Shown: positions 9,085-19,008 of the stretch, one piece after another
How the letters are laid out: each line of letters starts with the position of its first letter
Numbering within the stretch: position 1 is the first letter of the stretch
DNA from: a virus
Length of the DNA stretch: 64,000 nucleotides
Reading direction: 5' to 3' (one strand)
IMG/VR virus record: IMGVR_UViG_3300027746_000016
Span: 30,966 to 94,965 of that record
Program-made: the position numbers and the translations under genes
The notes under the pieces: model-generated
Told to the model about the DNA's origin: nothing
Database searches by the model: none
The model's input: the letters and a program-made list of their open reading frames with translations, nothing else

Positions 9085-10602
9085 TTAATTAATTAAACTT
9101 AATATATCATCATGTGAAGTATTAAACGGTCGGGCTAGAGCCTCTGCCATTGGAATTAAATTAGGCGGCAGGGTTGTTTGAGTTGTCTGTGCACTATGAT
9201 ATTGATTTCTCATTTGATTTTCTAAGGATTGAGTATCATCATCATCTGAATAAAATTCTGAGGCTGGATCCGTCTCTTCAATTAATTTAGCAAATTCATA
9301 ACTCATACGATACATTTTAAAACTTTCGTTATATCCACCATCTCTATTTGCAATCAATTTAATCTTCATACGTTTTTCCATAGGGCCTCTCATTAAGCCA
9401 AATAGCGAATCTACTGTGTGTACTAAACCAAATGACTCGGCAATATCTGACATACTTAAGTCTTGATCATCTACTGCATCTCTTTTAATTTGAGTTGCGG
9501 TAATAATACACCATTCGTTTCTAATTGCAATTGCTCTTAACTCTTCAGATATAACTTTAATTTTTTCATATGTACTGCCCTGCTCTCGCATAGGTCTCAT
9601 TAAGTTAATATAGTCAACTACAATAATTGTAAATTTCTTTCCAGTATTTTGTTGAACTTTTAAAAAATAATTCTCTATATCAATTGCAGTAGCCGTACCG
9701 GTAGGAAATTCTTTAACTTGTAACTCGCCAAGAGTTGAAACCGTTTCTTTTAATGATTTCATCTTATGAGTAACTTCATTTACCTGACTTGGGTCTAACA
9801 TTGCATCATATTCTTTAAATGGAATACTTAAAACCATTGAGCCTAATCTTTTCATGTATTTACGATCAGATAATTCAAGAGTAGCAATTCCTACTTGACA
9901 ACCTGCAACAAAGGCTCGGCCTGCAATATTAGAAAGAACCATTGATTTTCCAACCTTTGGTCGGCCTTGAAAAACAACAAGCGTTTTTGGGTTCCAACCG
10001 CCACCTAATGTTTTATCAAAAAACTTAAAGCCGGTAGGATTTCCTATTTTTGATAACTGTACGTGATCTACTGGATTAAAAAAATCTAAGCCCGATTCGG
10101 CATTAGTAAATGAAACATTTAATTTATCATTAAATTTAGAACGAACTTCATTTGTAATAAGTTCTACATTCTCAGGATTAATATCAGTTGTTTTTAAATA
10201 GGATAAGACATCAATAACTGATTCATTTAAATTTTTATAAAAAATAAAGGCCTTTGTATATTTAAATAAAAAGTCATAATTATAACTGGTTAAGTCAACC
10301 GCAAACACCTTATTAAATTTATCTTCCGGCAAATCTAAATTTGCTAGATTTGCAAGTTCCCTAAGTTCGTTCTTAGTTGGGACTTTTTTGTATTCTAAAA
10401 AAAATTTCTTGGATTCTCTATATAACCTTTGTAGGGTATCATCATTAAAATAATTAGCCTTTATCATTGGTATGATTTCTCTTTTATCTAGAGAATCATA
10501 ATTTTTAGGTTTAATTACAGTATCATTATCATCTTCAGTTAAGACAAAATTGAAAATTATTCTTTCAAGTAATTCAATATTCTCTTTAAAATCAATCATC
10601 AT
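9085..10602 (-). CDS. Replicative DnaB-family helicase (T4 gp41-like)
   Basis: Walker A GRPKVGKS, VKEFPTG, VVDYINLM, TATQ, IAESFGL. Confidence 0.92.
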   Translation of the reverse strand: MMIDFKENIELLERIIFNFVLTEDDNDTVIKPKNYDSLDKREIIPMIKANYFNDDTLQRLYRESKKFFLEYKKVPTKNELRELANLANLDLPEDKFNKVFAVDLTSYNYDFLFKYTKAFIFYKNLNESVIDVLSYLKTTDINPENVELITNEVRSKFNDKLNVSFTNAESGLDFFNPVDHVQLSKIGNPTGFKFFDKTLGGGWNPKTLVVFQGRPKVGKSMVLSNIAGRAFVAGCQVGIATLELSDRKYMKRLGSMVLSIPFKEYDAMLDPSQVNEVTHKMKSLKETVSTLGELQVKEFPTGTATAIDIENYFLKVQQNTGKKFTIIVVDYINLMRPMREQGSTYEKIKVISEELRAIAIRNEWCIITATQIKRDAVDDQDLSMSDIAESFGLVHTVDSLFGLMRGPMEKRMKIKLIANRDGGYNESFKMYRMSYEFAKLIEETDPASEFYSDDDDTQSLENQMRNQYHSAQTTQTTLPPNLIPMAEALARPFNTSHDDILSLIN

Positions 10603-10615
10603 AGGTTAAGTCGTA

Positions 10616-10963
10616 TTATGCTATTAAATAGTACTTTAAAAATTCAGATTCTGGCATAAATATAAATTCTCCTTTTTTAATTAATAATCCAGTATCTAAT
10701 AGGTCTTTAATTAAAATTTTTAATTTTGCTTTAAACGACTCATTTTTCATATGATCGCCAAATACATATTTTAAAGTTTTAGTTGAAAACTTAATATCAT
10801 TTGAGTCCCAGTCTTTCTCTTTTAATTCAGTTACTCTAACAATATGAGCCGCAACATCAAACATAAAATCTTGAGCGGATGGATAATTAGGCATTGCTGA
10901 ATGAACGCTTAATTTATATTTTATAGGTAATTCATCTTTTATCTTAAATATCATCTGAGTCAT
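10616..10963 (-). CDS. Hypothetical protein
   Basis: 115-aa ORF between recombinase and helicase. Confidence 0.65.
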   Translation of the reverse strand: MTQMIFKIKDELPIKYKLSVHSAMPNYPSAQDFMFDVAAHIVRVTELKEKDWDSNDIKFSTKTLKYVFGDHMKNESFKAKLKILIKDLLDTGLLIKKGEFIFMPESEFLKYYLIA

Positions 10964-12134
10964 CAGTTAAGTCTTCTAATTCCGCAGTTTCTAATGTATC
11001 AATTCCATCTTGTGTTTCAGGAAATTTAAAAGTTGGTTTAATAACTTTTTCGTCTAATTCAGTTAATACTTCATGTGTAAATAGTCTAGCTGAGAAAAAT
11101 TCTTTAACTGGAACTGCATCACCATTATGACGAATAATATAAGTTTTACCTAATTTCTTTGGTAAAAAATAAAAAGTTTCACCAGCAACTTCAAATTTTG
11201 AACACAGTTCAGATTCGTCAGACTTAAGTTTAGAAAATTCTTTTTCAGTAAGTTTATTACCTCTACCAACTCCGCATGATTCCCAATTAACATACTGTTC
11301 AAGGCCAACATATTGATTCATGCCTTTATGAAAAGAAATATGAAATTCAATATCAATTGGTCTGGATAATCTATTCTTTTTTGTTTTAGAACGAACAATA
11401 ATTCCAGTTGTAGTTTTAGCCTCATCGCGAAGAGTTCCTTTACTTAACATCAAGATAATTGATGCAGAGAATTCTGGACCTCCACCACCAGACATACCCT
11501 TTGGTGTATATTGATCCATTGAGGCATATGTATGATTTGTAAAAATAAAAGGAACTTTATAATTTGAAAGATCCAATGTTAATGATTTAAATAGTGATCT
11601 CATTTCTTTTGCACGAAGTCCCATATCTGCAGCATTTTTACCTGCCTCCATATCGCGTTGACTCTTATCAGTATCTAACATGCCTACTGAGTCTACAAAT
11701 AGTGCAAGCTTAAGTCCTGGATTCTCCTTGAGCGTTTCAATTAGATCATGCACATAGAATTTAACTTCACTAATAAGCCCCATACGTAAATATTTTAATT
11801 TAGTTAGGTCTACTCCAAATTTAACATAGTCGCCTGAGTCAATTGCACCTTCAGTATCAATGTAAATTACCATATAGTCTTTTTTCTGCAATTCACGAAC
11901 TGCATTTAGACATAAAAATGTTTTACCTGAACCCGAGTCTCCAGCAATTCCAATACTACGAGTATTAGGATATCCGCCAAATAGTGAGCCTGACATTTGT
12001 GCACTTAATAAATAATTTCCAGTTGGAATGTATTCTTCAATATCAGAAAAACCTCTGATTTCGATTTTAGATTTTACCTTTTTCTCGAGCAAGTCGTTAA
12101 ACTTTGCGAAAGCATCCATTGTTGATTTTGCCAT
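10944..12134 (-). CDS. uvsX: RecA/UvsX-like recombinase
   Basis: GDSGSGKT, YIDTEGA, FVDSVGML, ADMGLRAK, FTNHTY, SGGGG. Confidence 0.88.
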   Translation of the reverse strand: MAKSTMDAFAKFNDLLEKKVKSKIEIRGFSDIEEYIPTGNYLLSAQMSGSLFGGYPNTRSIGIAGDSGSGKTFLCLNAVRELQKKDYMVIYIDTEGAIDSGDYVKFGVDLTKLKYLRMGLISEVKFYVHDLIETLKENPGLKLALFVDSVGMLDTDKSQRDMEAGKNAADMGLRAKEMRSLFKSLTLDLSNYKVPFIFTNHTYASMDQYTPKGMSGGGGPEFSASIILMLSKGTLRDEAKTTTGIIVRSKTKKNRLSRPIDIEFHISFHKGMNQYVGLEQYVNWESCGVGRGNKLTEKEFSKLKSDESELCSKFEVAGETFYFLPKKLGKTYIIRHNGDAVPVKEFFSARLFTHEVLTELDEKVIKPTFKFPETQDGIDTLETAELEDLTDDSDDI

Positions 12135-12159
12135 AGTGTTTTAGAGTTTAATTCAATAT

Positions 12160-12186
12160 CTTGTACAATAAGATATATTCTAGTTT
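12160..12186 (-). promoter_or_regulatory. Pre-late promoter variant AAACT-N16-TACAAG
   Basis: Same geometry as the other AAAC(C/T) promoters, upstream of uvsX. Confidence 0.4.
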
Positions 12187-12773
12187 CAATTAAAATAAGA
12201 AACTAATAAAAAAGCACCAGATAGAATAGTTGAGTCAGAAAAGTCTCCATTTACAACTTGATGAAAGCCAAGTTTTACAATTTCAGAAGAGTCTTTATTA
12301 AATGGAGATTTAGCTAAAGTTCTAGTAAAATTAAATTGACTATCAGGTTTGCTAATATTAGTTAAGTCAATTGCATAACACTTAAATTTAGAAGAAATTG
12401 GTGTACTTGTTGAAATATTACCCAGATAAAAAATATCGTCTTCAGTAATTCCAAGCTCTTCAATATTTAAACCAGCTTCTTCTAATAATGAGCGGTATAT
12501 TGTATCAATTGGAGTTTGATCTTTAGATGGATCAACTGAATCTATAAGTAAAGTTGTATCAGTTTGACCAGTTGCATGATTTTCAAATTTTAATCCATAA
12601 ATAGATTTTATTGTATCATCTGCTGTTTTTTCAAATGGTAAAATTACAATATAATTGGTTTTACATGAAAGTACATTAGTCTTATCGGTATCTCTAGTAA
12701 GAGAGATTATTTCAATTTCACCATTTATATTTGGTAAATTCGATTTAGATATTTTAACTAATGGCTGTTGCAT
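12186..12773 (-). CDS. Nudix-fold-like protein with degenerate Nudix box
   Basis: TIYRSLLEEAGL resembles AxRELxEExG; VILPF strand upstream. Confidence 0.5.
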   Translation of the reverse strand: MQQPLVKISKSNLPNINGEIEIISLTRDTDKTNVLSCKTNYIVILPFEKTADDTIKSIYGLKFENHATGQTDTTLLIDSVDPSKDQTPIDTIYRSLLEEAGLNIEELGITEDDIFYLGNISTSTPISSKFKCYAIDLTNISKPDSQFNFTRTLAKSPFNKDSSEIVKLGFHQVVNGDFSDSTILSGAFLLVSYFN

Positions 12774-13434
12774 TTATTTTCTTCTTTTTATCTTGACCAA
12801 ATGACTTTACTAAAGAGTCTTTGATTGAATTTGTTGTTACACTATTATTTATATACATAGATAACCGGTTTAAAAATTGTTCTTTATCCTGAGAATTTGT
12901 ATACATCATCTTGAGTAGATTCTTGCTGGGTAATTTAATTGAAACGGTTAATGCTAATTCGGTATCTTCAAGTGCAAACATTCCAAATAAATCGCCGGCA
13001 TCAACTAGAGTAGTTGGAATATGTGCTGGAATAGTCGTTGGAACGGGTGGTTTCTCTTTAGCTGCATTAATTAAGTCATTTTTAAATTCTTCTGGAATTC
13101 CTGGAGCAATGTCATTAGAGTCACTTAGACTTGGAATATAATTAATTGATTGTATTTCAGCCATACTTAGTGCAGGCTGATCGTCCATTAACATCATTAA
13201 GTCACTACTTAATCGGTCAGTATCAATTCGACTACCGTCTGATAATTGGGCAATATATTTGCCGCGATTGCCTGGTTCAATCTCTACTACACTTACAATT
13301 TTACCCATTTTTGAACGGTCTTGAGTTTTAATCCATTGAAGTTTATTTCCTTGGAAAGTATTTTTAATTGCCATCAATTCTTCTATATCCATACCAGTTA
13401 TTATTTTTTTAAGTTTTTTTAGTAGATTTTTCAC
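12754..13434 (-). CDS. Hypothetical protein (true start probably ATG at 13392, MDIEELM)
   Basis: ORF directly downstream of the PolB fragment; no polymerase motifs. Confidence 0.65.
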   Translation of the reverse strand: MKNLLKKLKKIITGMDIEELMAIKNTFQGNKLQWIKTQDRSKMGKIVSVVEIEPGNRGKYIAQLSDGSRIDTDRLSSDLMMLMDDQPALSMAEIQSINYIPSLSDSNDIAPGIPEEFKNDLINAAKEKPPVPTTIPAHIPTTLVDAGDLFGMFALEDTELALTVSIKLPSKNLLKMMYTNSQDKEQFLNRLSMYINNSVTTNSIKDSLVKSFGQDKKKKINATAIS

Positions 13435-14800
13435 TGTCTAATTGCTCTTCTAATTTTTTCATTTCATTTTTTGTATCAACTCTACCATTATACAGTTTGG
13501 TTAAAATAGTTCGAGCAGCTGAGTCAAATTTATTTGTAAATATCGTACAATTCTTTGTTAAAATAGTTTCAGGATTTATTACAGTATCCGATTTAGATTT
13601 ACCAACATATGAGTCTGGCGAAATATTAAACTGTATTTGAATGTTTGGATACATTGATGCAAAGTCAAAACATGAAACATACTTATAGAATCCTGGTTCT
13701 GGTTTTGCAACATAGGCACCATCATAAGTTGCTTCATTTTCAACATCGCGTTTATCATTTGCCATATAGCGGCCACGTGCTAAAAATTCACGACACATTA
13801 AGGTTTCAGTAATGAATACTGCACTAAATACTTTTGATACGTCAACTTTTGCAAATTTAGATATTGCAAAAGCTACATCAAGTAATCCTAATTTATCTTC
13901 AATTAATTTAACTAGGATTGTATCAATTATATTGTATTTTACGAAATTTTCAATATCTTGTTGAGCTTCCATCATTGTTGCATAGGCACTATGTAATTTA
14001 GTAGTTCCCAATACAAGATTTGCAATATAGTCTAATTTATAATTCTCAACCACTTTATATGGTTTAGTGTTCATAAATACTTCCATGTAATCTAATAAGC
14101 CTAAATGGATTGGCATTTTATTTTTACCTATTAATTTAGCACATGGCATTTTTTCCATAGGATCAATACCTAACCGCTTACACCGGTTAATTAAATAAAG
14201 CCAGTCAAAGCCAATAACATTCCAACCAGTTAAAAATGGAATTTTAGGAAGAGCTTTATGAAAAAACATATTTAACATATCTTCTTCTTTTTCAAAATAG
14301 ACATATTTAATTGAAAAGATTTGACTGTGGGCTTTAAAATAGTCATTTACTTCATCTTGCATGGTAGAAACAGTTTTATTTGATAAGTCTTTCATGGTTG
14401 AAAGTACAAAACAAACGTTATCTTCATTTACAAATGTAATTAAATTAACTGGCATTAGAGCCTTTGCTGGATCAGGAAAATCTTGAGATGTTAATTGAAT
14501 CTCAATATCTAAATAATATTTTTTAGGGCTAAGATCTGAATATACTTTAACTAATTCATCTGGTGTTAATCTGGTTTGGGTTAATTCTTCTAGTCTAAAT
14601 CGATTAAGCCACTTATTTTGGGCTTTTTTTAAATATCGGTTATCCCAATTACGAAATTCAGTTGGGTTAGGCGTAAGCATCCAATTAAATAAGTCAGCTG
14701 ACTGAATTGGCTTTTTGATAAAAGCAATATTACCAGTTTCATCATAATATGAAATCATTAAGGTTGAGTCATCACTATTAAATTCAGTACTAATTATCAT
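13409..14800 (-). CDS. Family B DNA polymerase, N-terminal subunit of a split enzyme (exonuclease + motif A)
   Basis: ExoI YLDIE, ExoII GWNVIGFD, ExoIII YNIID, motif A FDFASMYP; ends before motifs B and C. Confidence 0.88.
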   Translation of the reverse strand: MIISTEFNSDDSTLMISYYDETGNIAFIKKPIQSADLFNWMLTPNPTEFRNWDNRYLKKAQNKWLNRFRLEELTQTRLTPDELVKVYSDLSPKKYYLDIEIQLTSQDFPDPAKALMPVNLITFVNEDNVCFVLSTMKDLSNKTVSTMQDEVNDYFKAHSQIFSIKYVYFEKEEDMLNMFFHKALPKIPFLTGWNVIGFDWLYLINRCKRLGIDPMEKMPCAKLIGKNKMPIHLGLLDYMEVFMNTKPYKVVENYKLDYIANLVLGTTKLHSAYATMMEAQQDIENFVKYNIIDTILVKLIEDKLGLLDVAFAISKFAKVDVSKVFSAVFITETLMCREFLARGRYMANDKRDVENEATYDGAYVAKPEPGFYKYVSCFDFASMYPNIQIQFNISPDSYVGKSKSDTVINPETILTKNCTIFTNKFDSAARTILTKLYNGRVDTKNEMKKLEEQLDSEKSTKKT

Positions 14801-14842
14801 TTATTAAAAATTAAGTGAATATTATATAGTTAATATACTAAA

Positions 14843-15295
14843 CTATGAACCGGTTGAGCCAAATCCACCAGCTCCACGAGCAGTTGTCTCTGAATAAACT
14901 TCAGATTCAGTTAAGCACTCAAGTATAGTAGGTTTTATAATTGGAGTTAATATAAACTGTACAAGTTTATCACCAGGGTTAATAGTAGCTGGAATCCAAG
15001 GTGATGTATTATATACATGTAGATGAATTTCACCTTGATAATCACAATCTACTACACATGCTCCAACTTGAAGTCGCTTTTTTGTAGCAACTCCACTTTT
15101 ATTATAGGCAATAAGTGCTGTGTCTATTGGAATATTAACTCTTATCCCACTTGGAATAAGTATTGATTCCCCAGGTGCTAAAACAATTTGAGTTTCACTG
15201 TTTGGTACAAAAAAATCTAGCCCAGCTGAGCCAACTGATCCATACTCTGGAGTTTTTACGTCTTTTGTTTTAATAAATTTAATAATAGATTGCAT
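14843..15295 (-). CDS. dut: Trimeric dUTPase
   Basis: AGLDF, KSG, VVDCDYQGE, QFI and RGAGGFGSTG motifs. Confidence 0.93.
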   Translation of the reverse strand: MQSIIKFIKTKDVKTPEYGSVGSAGLDFFVPNSETQIVLAPGESILIPSGIRVNIPIDTALIAYNKSGVATKKRLQVGACVVDCDYQGEIHLHVYNTSPWIPATINPGDKLVQFILTPIIKPTILECLTESEVYSETTARGAGGFGSTGS

Positions 15296-15387
15296 ACACG
15301 TATATATGATTTTGTTAAAATATAGTATTATATTGACTCTTTTATCATAAAAGTGAAAAAGGTTTAACTTTTATTGAGTAAATCTTT

Positions 15388-15458
15388 TATAAATAACTTT
15401 AATAGCAAAGTCCAAACATTAAAATCTTTAAAATTGGGAGTTGACTGATAAATAAATA
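15388..15458 (+). promoter_or_regulatory. Late promoter cores upstream of the sheath gene
   Basis: Exact TATAAATA at 15388-15395 and ATAAATAAATA at 15448-15458. Confidence 0.6.
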
Positions 15459-15483
15459 ACTTTAAAAATAATAATAGATCGAA

Positions 15484-18400
15484 ATGGCACAAAAATTAAA
15501 TTTGAATAATTATAAAGCTAGTGGTGTTTACACAGTTGAGATTGATGAAAGCTCAAATCTTAGCTTACCGTTATCTACTGGTAAATTAGTAATAGGTTCA
15601 AGTAAAAAAGGACCAATTAACTCAGTTGTATTGGTTAATGATACTCGTACATTAACTGCAGTATATGGAGAAATTGATAATAAATTAGAAAAAAACGGTA
15701 GTTTCTTTCATAGAACAATTGATGTTGCTTTAAGACAAGGACCAGTATATGCATTAAATGTATTACCAGTTAGTGCAACAGATAAAGCCTTTTTTAGAAC
15801 ATTTAATACTGAATCTGCTTCAAATAACTCAACTTTTAGTGAAAGTACAAATGACAGCGCAATGTCAAATTTTTATAATAGTCAAAAATTATGGTTTGCA
15901 GACACAGATGCAGTTAATAAGTATAAAAATATTGAATTAGGTGATGATTATATTGCTAGTCCAACTACATATGGTACAGCTGATCGCGATGCAAATAAAA
16001 TTTTAACAATGGTAAATCTTTCAAAGAAAGATATTACAACATGGATTAGAATCGCAGATACTACCGGTTATGATATATCAGTTAAAGATTATTATAAATT
16101 ATTAGGAGATACTGCTGAAGTTCCAGAATTTTTAAGCCCTGATGATATTATTGCTGACTTTTTTGTTGAAGTAATTGTGGTTGAAGGAGACTGGACTGAT
16201 AATTTAAAATTAGCAAATGACCCAGTTTATAGTCAATATTTTACAACAACTGGTATAATTGATGCTAAAATTGGAGATTTTGTTTCAATTAAAGAGGTTA
16301 CACTGGTTGCAAAAGTTCAAGGAAGTATAATTCCTGAATTTAAAGACCTAACTGGCACAACCGTTTCTATTGATGCACTATTTAATCGTAGATTTGCTCA
16401 AAGTGGAATATATTTAGCAATTGACTATAAGAAAATTGATTTAATGGATTTAACTAATGGTAGTTTTTCAAGTGGTTCAAGTACTGAGCCAATTTCAGAA
16501 CAACGCCTTGACTTAATTGGATCTGGAGTTGATGAATTAAATTCAGGTACAACTGATTTAAATGTAATTACTGAAACTAATTTATACACAGTAGATGATG
16601 ATACTAATGTTCATCAAGCTGTAAATTTAATTGATGTCTTAAGTTATAAAAAACCAGTATCTTCAGAGTTTTATTTTGAATTAGATAGTATTACAGCAAC
16701 GGCAGCAACTACCTATGCACAAGGTGACGTTTATATTTTTGTAACTGATACAGATACAATTGTTGCAACCGAAGGAAGTAAGTTATATAGTGCATGGGCA
16801 AATGGTTTTGTTAAAAACGGAGACTATTTAAAATATAGTTCAACTATTCTATATTTAGCAACTACTGGAGAAATTAAAACTAAAAATTCAGTTAAGTATG
16901 TTGTATTTGAAACATACAGTGATGTAACTAGAACAGTTCAAGTTAATGCACAAAAAACAACAGTAAATGGAGTTAATTTCTTATGGATTCAACAAGCAGC
17001 AGATGAAGATTTTTTAATGGACTTTGACTTAACTGACTCTGACTATTTTGTTTCATATTCGTATTTAGCTCCAAATAAATTAATTTTTACAGTTGATCCT
17101 ACCCTTTATGGTAACACAGCAAAGGGCGAATCAATTATAACAAATGCAGCACAAGGAATTGTATATGATGCAACTAAAAGATTACTAGTTGATTCATATA
17201 TGAAAGTTGGTCAATATATCAAAGCTAAAATTAAAACTGATGCAAATGGAGATCCTCTTTCTAGAAATAGAATGTTACAGATTAAATCAGTATACGCACA
17301 AAAGGTATTAAATATAACTGGCGGACCCTCAAGTGTACCAGGTTTAATAAGTTTAAAGTATACAATTACCTTATCTTCACCAAGTGATCCAAATATATTA
17401 GGTATTAATTTTGAAAGTGATACAACAATTAGAGCATATAAAGGAATAAAGAAATATATTACAAGTTTAGCCGGTGCAAAAATACCAGCAATGAATTTAT
17501 CTGAAGTTGATCTTTATCCAAATGGAACAGCTGCTCGTCAAAATGATATTTTAGATTTCTTATTTGACAGTAGTAATTTAGCAACTACTCTTGCTGATAA
17601 TGAGACTGTTGATTTTCGTTATATTATTGACTCGTTTGAAGGTCAAATCCAGTCTGGTTCAAAACAGCAATTGGCACAGTTAGCTGCAAATCATGGAAAA
17701 GCCCTGGCAATTTGTAATGCACCTTCATTTGCACAATACGAACGATCAGTAGATCCTAGCTTTATTGATTTTACAACTAGATTAGTTTCAACCGAAGCAA
17801 TTTCAACCGGTGGAGACCTAACATCAAATCCTTCATTTACATTTGGATTTGCAACTGGAGATAAAGGAGGTATTGCGGTTTCGACCTATTCTGCCTATTT
17901 TATGCCAAATGTAGTTATTTTTGAAAATGGTAAGAATAAATCTATTCCACCAGCAATGTATGTTGCAAATACCTTTATGAGAAAATATTCAAGCGGTAAT
18001 ACATTCTCAATTGTAGCAGGTAAAAATGGTATTTTAGCTGAACCAGAAATTAGTGGATTAGAATATGACTTAACTAATGATGATCGTGCCTATTTAGAGC
18101 CAGCCGGATTTAACTTAATTGTTAGACGTAGAGGTTTTGGAATAATGATATTCTCTAATAATACAGGTTTTCAAAGAGTAAGAAGTGCCCTAAATAATAT
18201 ACACGTTAGAGAAGCCTTAGTTACAATTGAAAGAGATGTTGAGAGAATTTTACTTAATTTCTTATTTGAATTTAATGATGCAACTACCAGAATGAGAGTT
18301 AAAACCTTAGTTAAAAACTACCTATCTGCCGTTCAAGAAGCTCGAGGTATTGCAACTGCTGAAGTTATATTTGATGATTCAAATAATGGAGTTGAAGTGC

Positions 18401-18537
18401 TTGAAAATAATGCTGGAATAATTGATATTATTGTAGATTTCCCAAGAGGAATACACAAATTTATCAACCGTATTACAATCACAAGAGCTGGAGGCCAATT
18501 AGCTTCAAGTTCTTCAGGATTTACACCTTCATTCTAA
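15484..18537 (+). CDS. Contractile tail sheath protein (T4 gp18-like) with large insertions
   Basis: SGVYTVEIDES and GSSKKGPINS N-terminus; IPPAMYVA, SALNNIHVRE, FLFEFND C-terminal sheath domain. Confidence 0.9.
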   Translation: MAQKLNLNNYKASGVYTVEIDESSNLSLPLSTGKLVIGSSKKGPINSVVLVNDTRTLTAVYGEIDNKLEKNGSFFHRTIDVALRQGPVYALNVLPVSATDKAFFRTFNTESASNNSTFSESTNDSAMSNFYNSQKLWFADTDAVNKYKNIELGDDYIASPTTYGTADRDANKILTMVNLSKKDITTWIRIADTTGYDISVKDYYKLLGDTAEVPEFLSPDDIIADFFVEVIVVEGDWTDNLKLANDPVYSQYFTTTGIIDAKIGDFVSIKEVTLVAKVQGSIIPEFKDLTGTTVSIDALFNRRFAQSGIYLAIDYKKIDLMDLTNGSFSSGSSTEPISEQRLDLIGSGVDELNSGTTDLNVITETNLYTVDDDTNVHQAVNLIDVLSYKKPVSSEFYFELDSITATAATTYAQGDVYIFVTDTDTIVATEGSKLYSAWANGFVKNGDYLKYSSTILYLATTGEIKTKNSVKYVVFETYSDVTRTVQVNAQKTTVNGVNFLWIQQAADEDFLMDFDLTDSDYFVSYSYLAPNKLIFTVDPTLYGNTAKGESIITNAAQGIVYDATKRLLVDSYMKVGQYIKAKIKTDANGDPLSRNRMLQIKSVYAQKVLNITGGPSSVPGLISLKYTITLSSPSDPNILGINFESDTTIRAYKGIKKYITSLAGAKIPAMNLSEVDLYPNGTAARQNDILDFLFDSSNLATTLADNETVDFRYIIDSFEGQIQSGSKQQLAQLAANHGKALAICNAPSFAQYERSVDPSFIDFTTRLVSTEAISTGGDLTSNPSFTFGFATGDKGGIAVSTYSAYFMPNVVIFENGKNKSIPPAMYVANTFMRKYSSGNTFSIVAGKNGILAEPEISGLEYDLTNDDRAYLEPAGFNLIVRRRGFGIMIFSNNTGFQRVRSALNNIHVREALVTIERDVERILLNFLFEFNDATTRMRVKTLVKNYLSAVQEARGIATAEVIFDDSNNGVEVLENNAGIIDIIVDFPRGIHKFINRITITRAGGQLASSSSGFTPSF

Positions 18538-18558
18538 TTAAAAAAGTTTAATACAAAT

Positions 18559-18590
18559 AAAAAAGGACCTCAATTTGAAGTCCTTTTTTT
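18559..18590. terminator. Bidirectional intrinsic terminator
   Basis: AAAAAAGGAC...GTCCTTTTTTT between convergent units. Confidence 0.8.
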
Positions 18591-18680
18591 ATTTAGGTCA
18601 AGCCAGTTAAGCCGTATCCACCAATCGGTTTAGAGGTCCGATAACCTTATTTAAAATAATAACCAAGCCGGCAGGTTAAT

Positions 18681-18968
18681 TTAATCTTTAATTAATTGTT
18701 TTTTTGCTTCGCACTTATCAATACGTGAATCAACGTAAGAGTGAAGCTGATCTATTCTTTGACCTGTTTGCTTATGCAAGTCATCGACTAAACGATGTGT
18801 ATCTTGGAAGTTTTTATCCAATCTATTTTCTGCATGGTGCATGTGATCTTCTATACTTTGTATTTGGTTTTGCTGTTTTAATACCTTCACAATACCCATA
18901 ACAATAACTGTTAATATAATAACAGCTACTACAGAGAGTACTCCAAAAGTAAATGATAGTGTTTCCAT
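18681..18968 (-). CDS. Small membrane protein (one N-terminal TM helix plus coiled coil)
   Basis: Hydrophobic FGVLSVVAVIILTVIVMGIV followed by a polar heptad region. Confidence 0.7.
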   Translation of the reverse strand: METLSFTFGVLSVVAVIILTVIVMGIVKVLKQQNQIQSIEDHMHHAENRLDKNFQDTHRLVDDLHKQTGQRIDQLHSYVDSRIDKCEAKKQLIKD

Positions 18969-19008
18969 ATGTTTATTTTGTTTTTTTAGTTGCCGGCAAG
19001 GCTACTAT

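Noticed and set aside
18592-18680. tRNA or self-cleaving ribozyme
   Set aside because: No cloverleaf or TTCG T-loop; no hammerhead (CTGANGA/GAAA) or convincing HDV-like core found by eye
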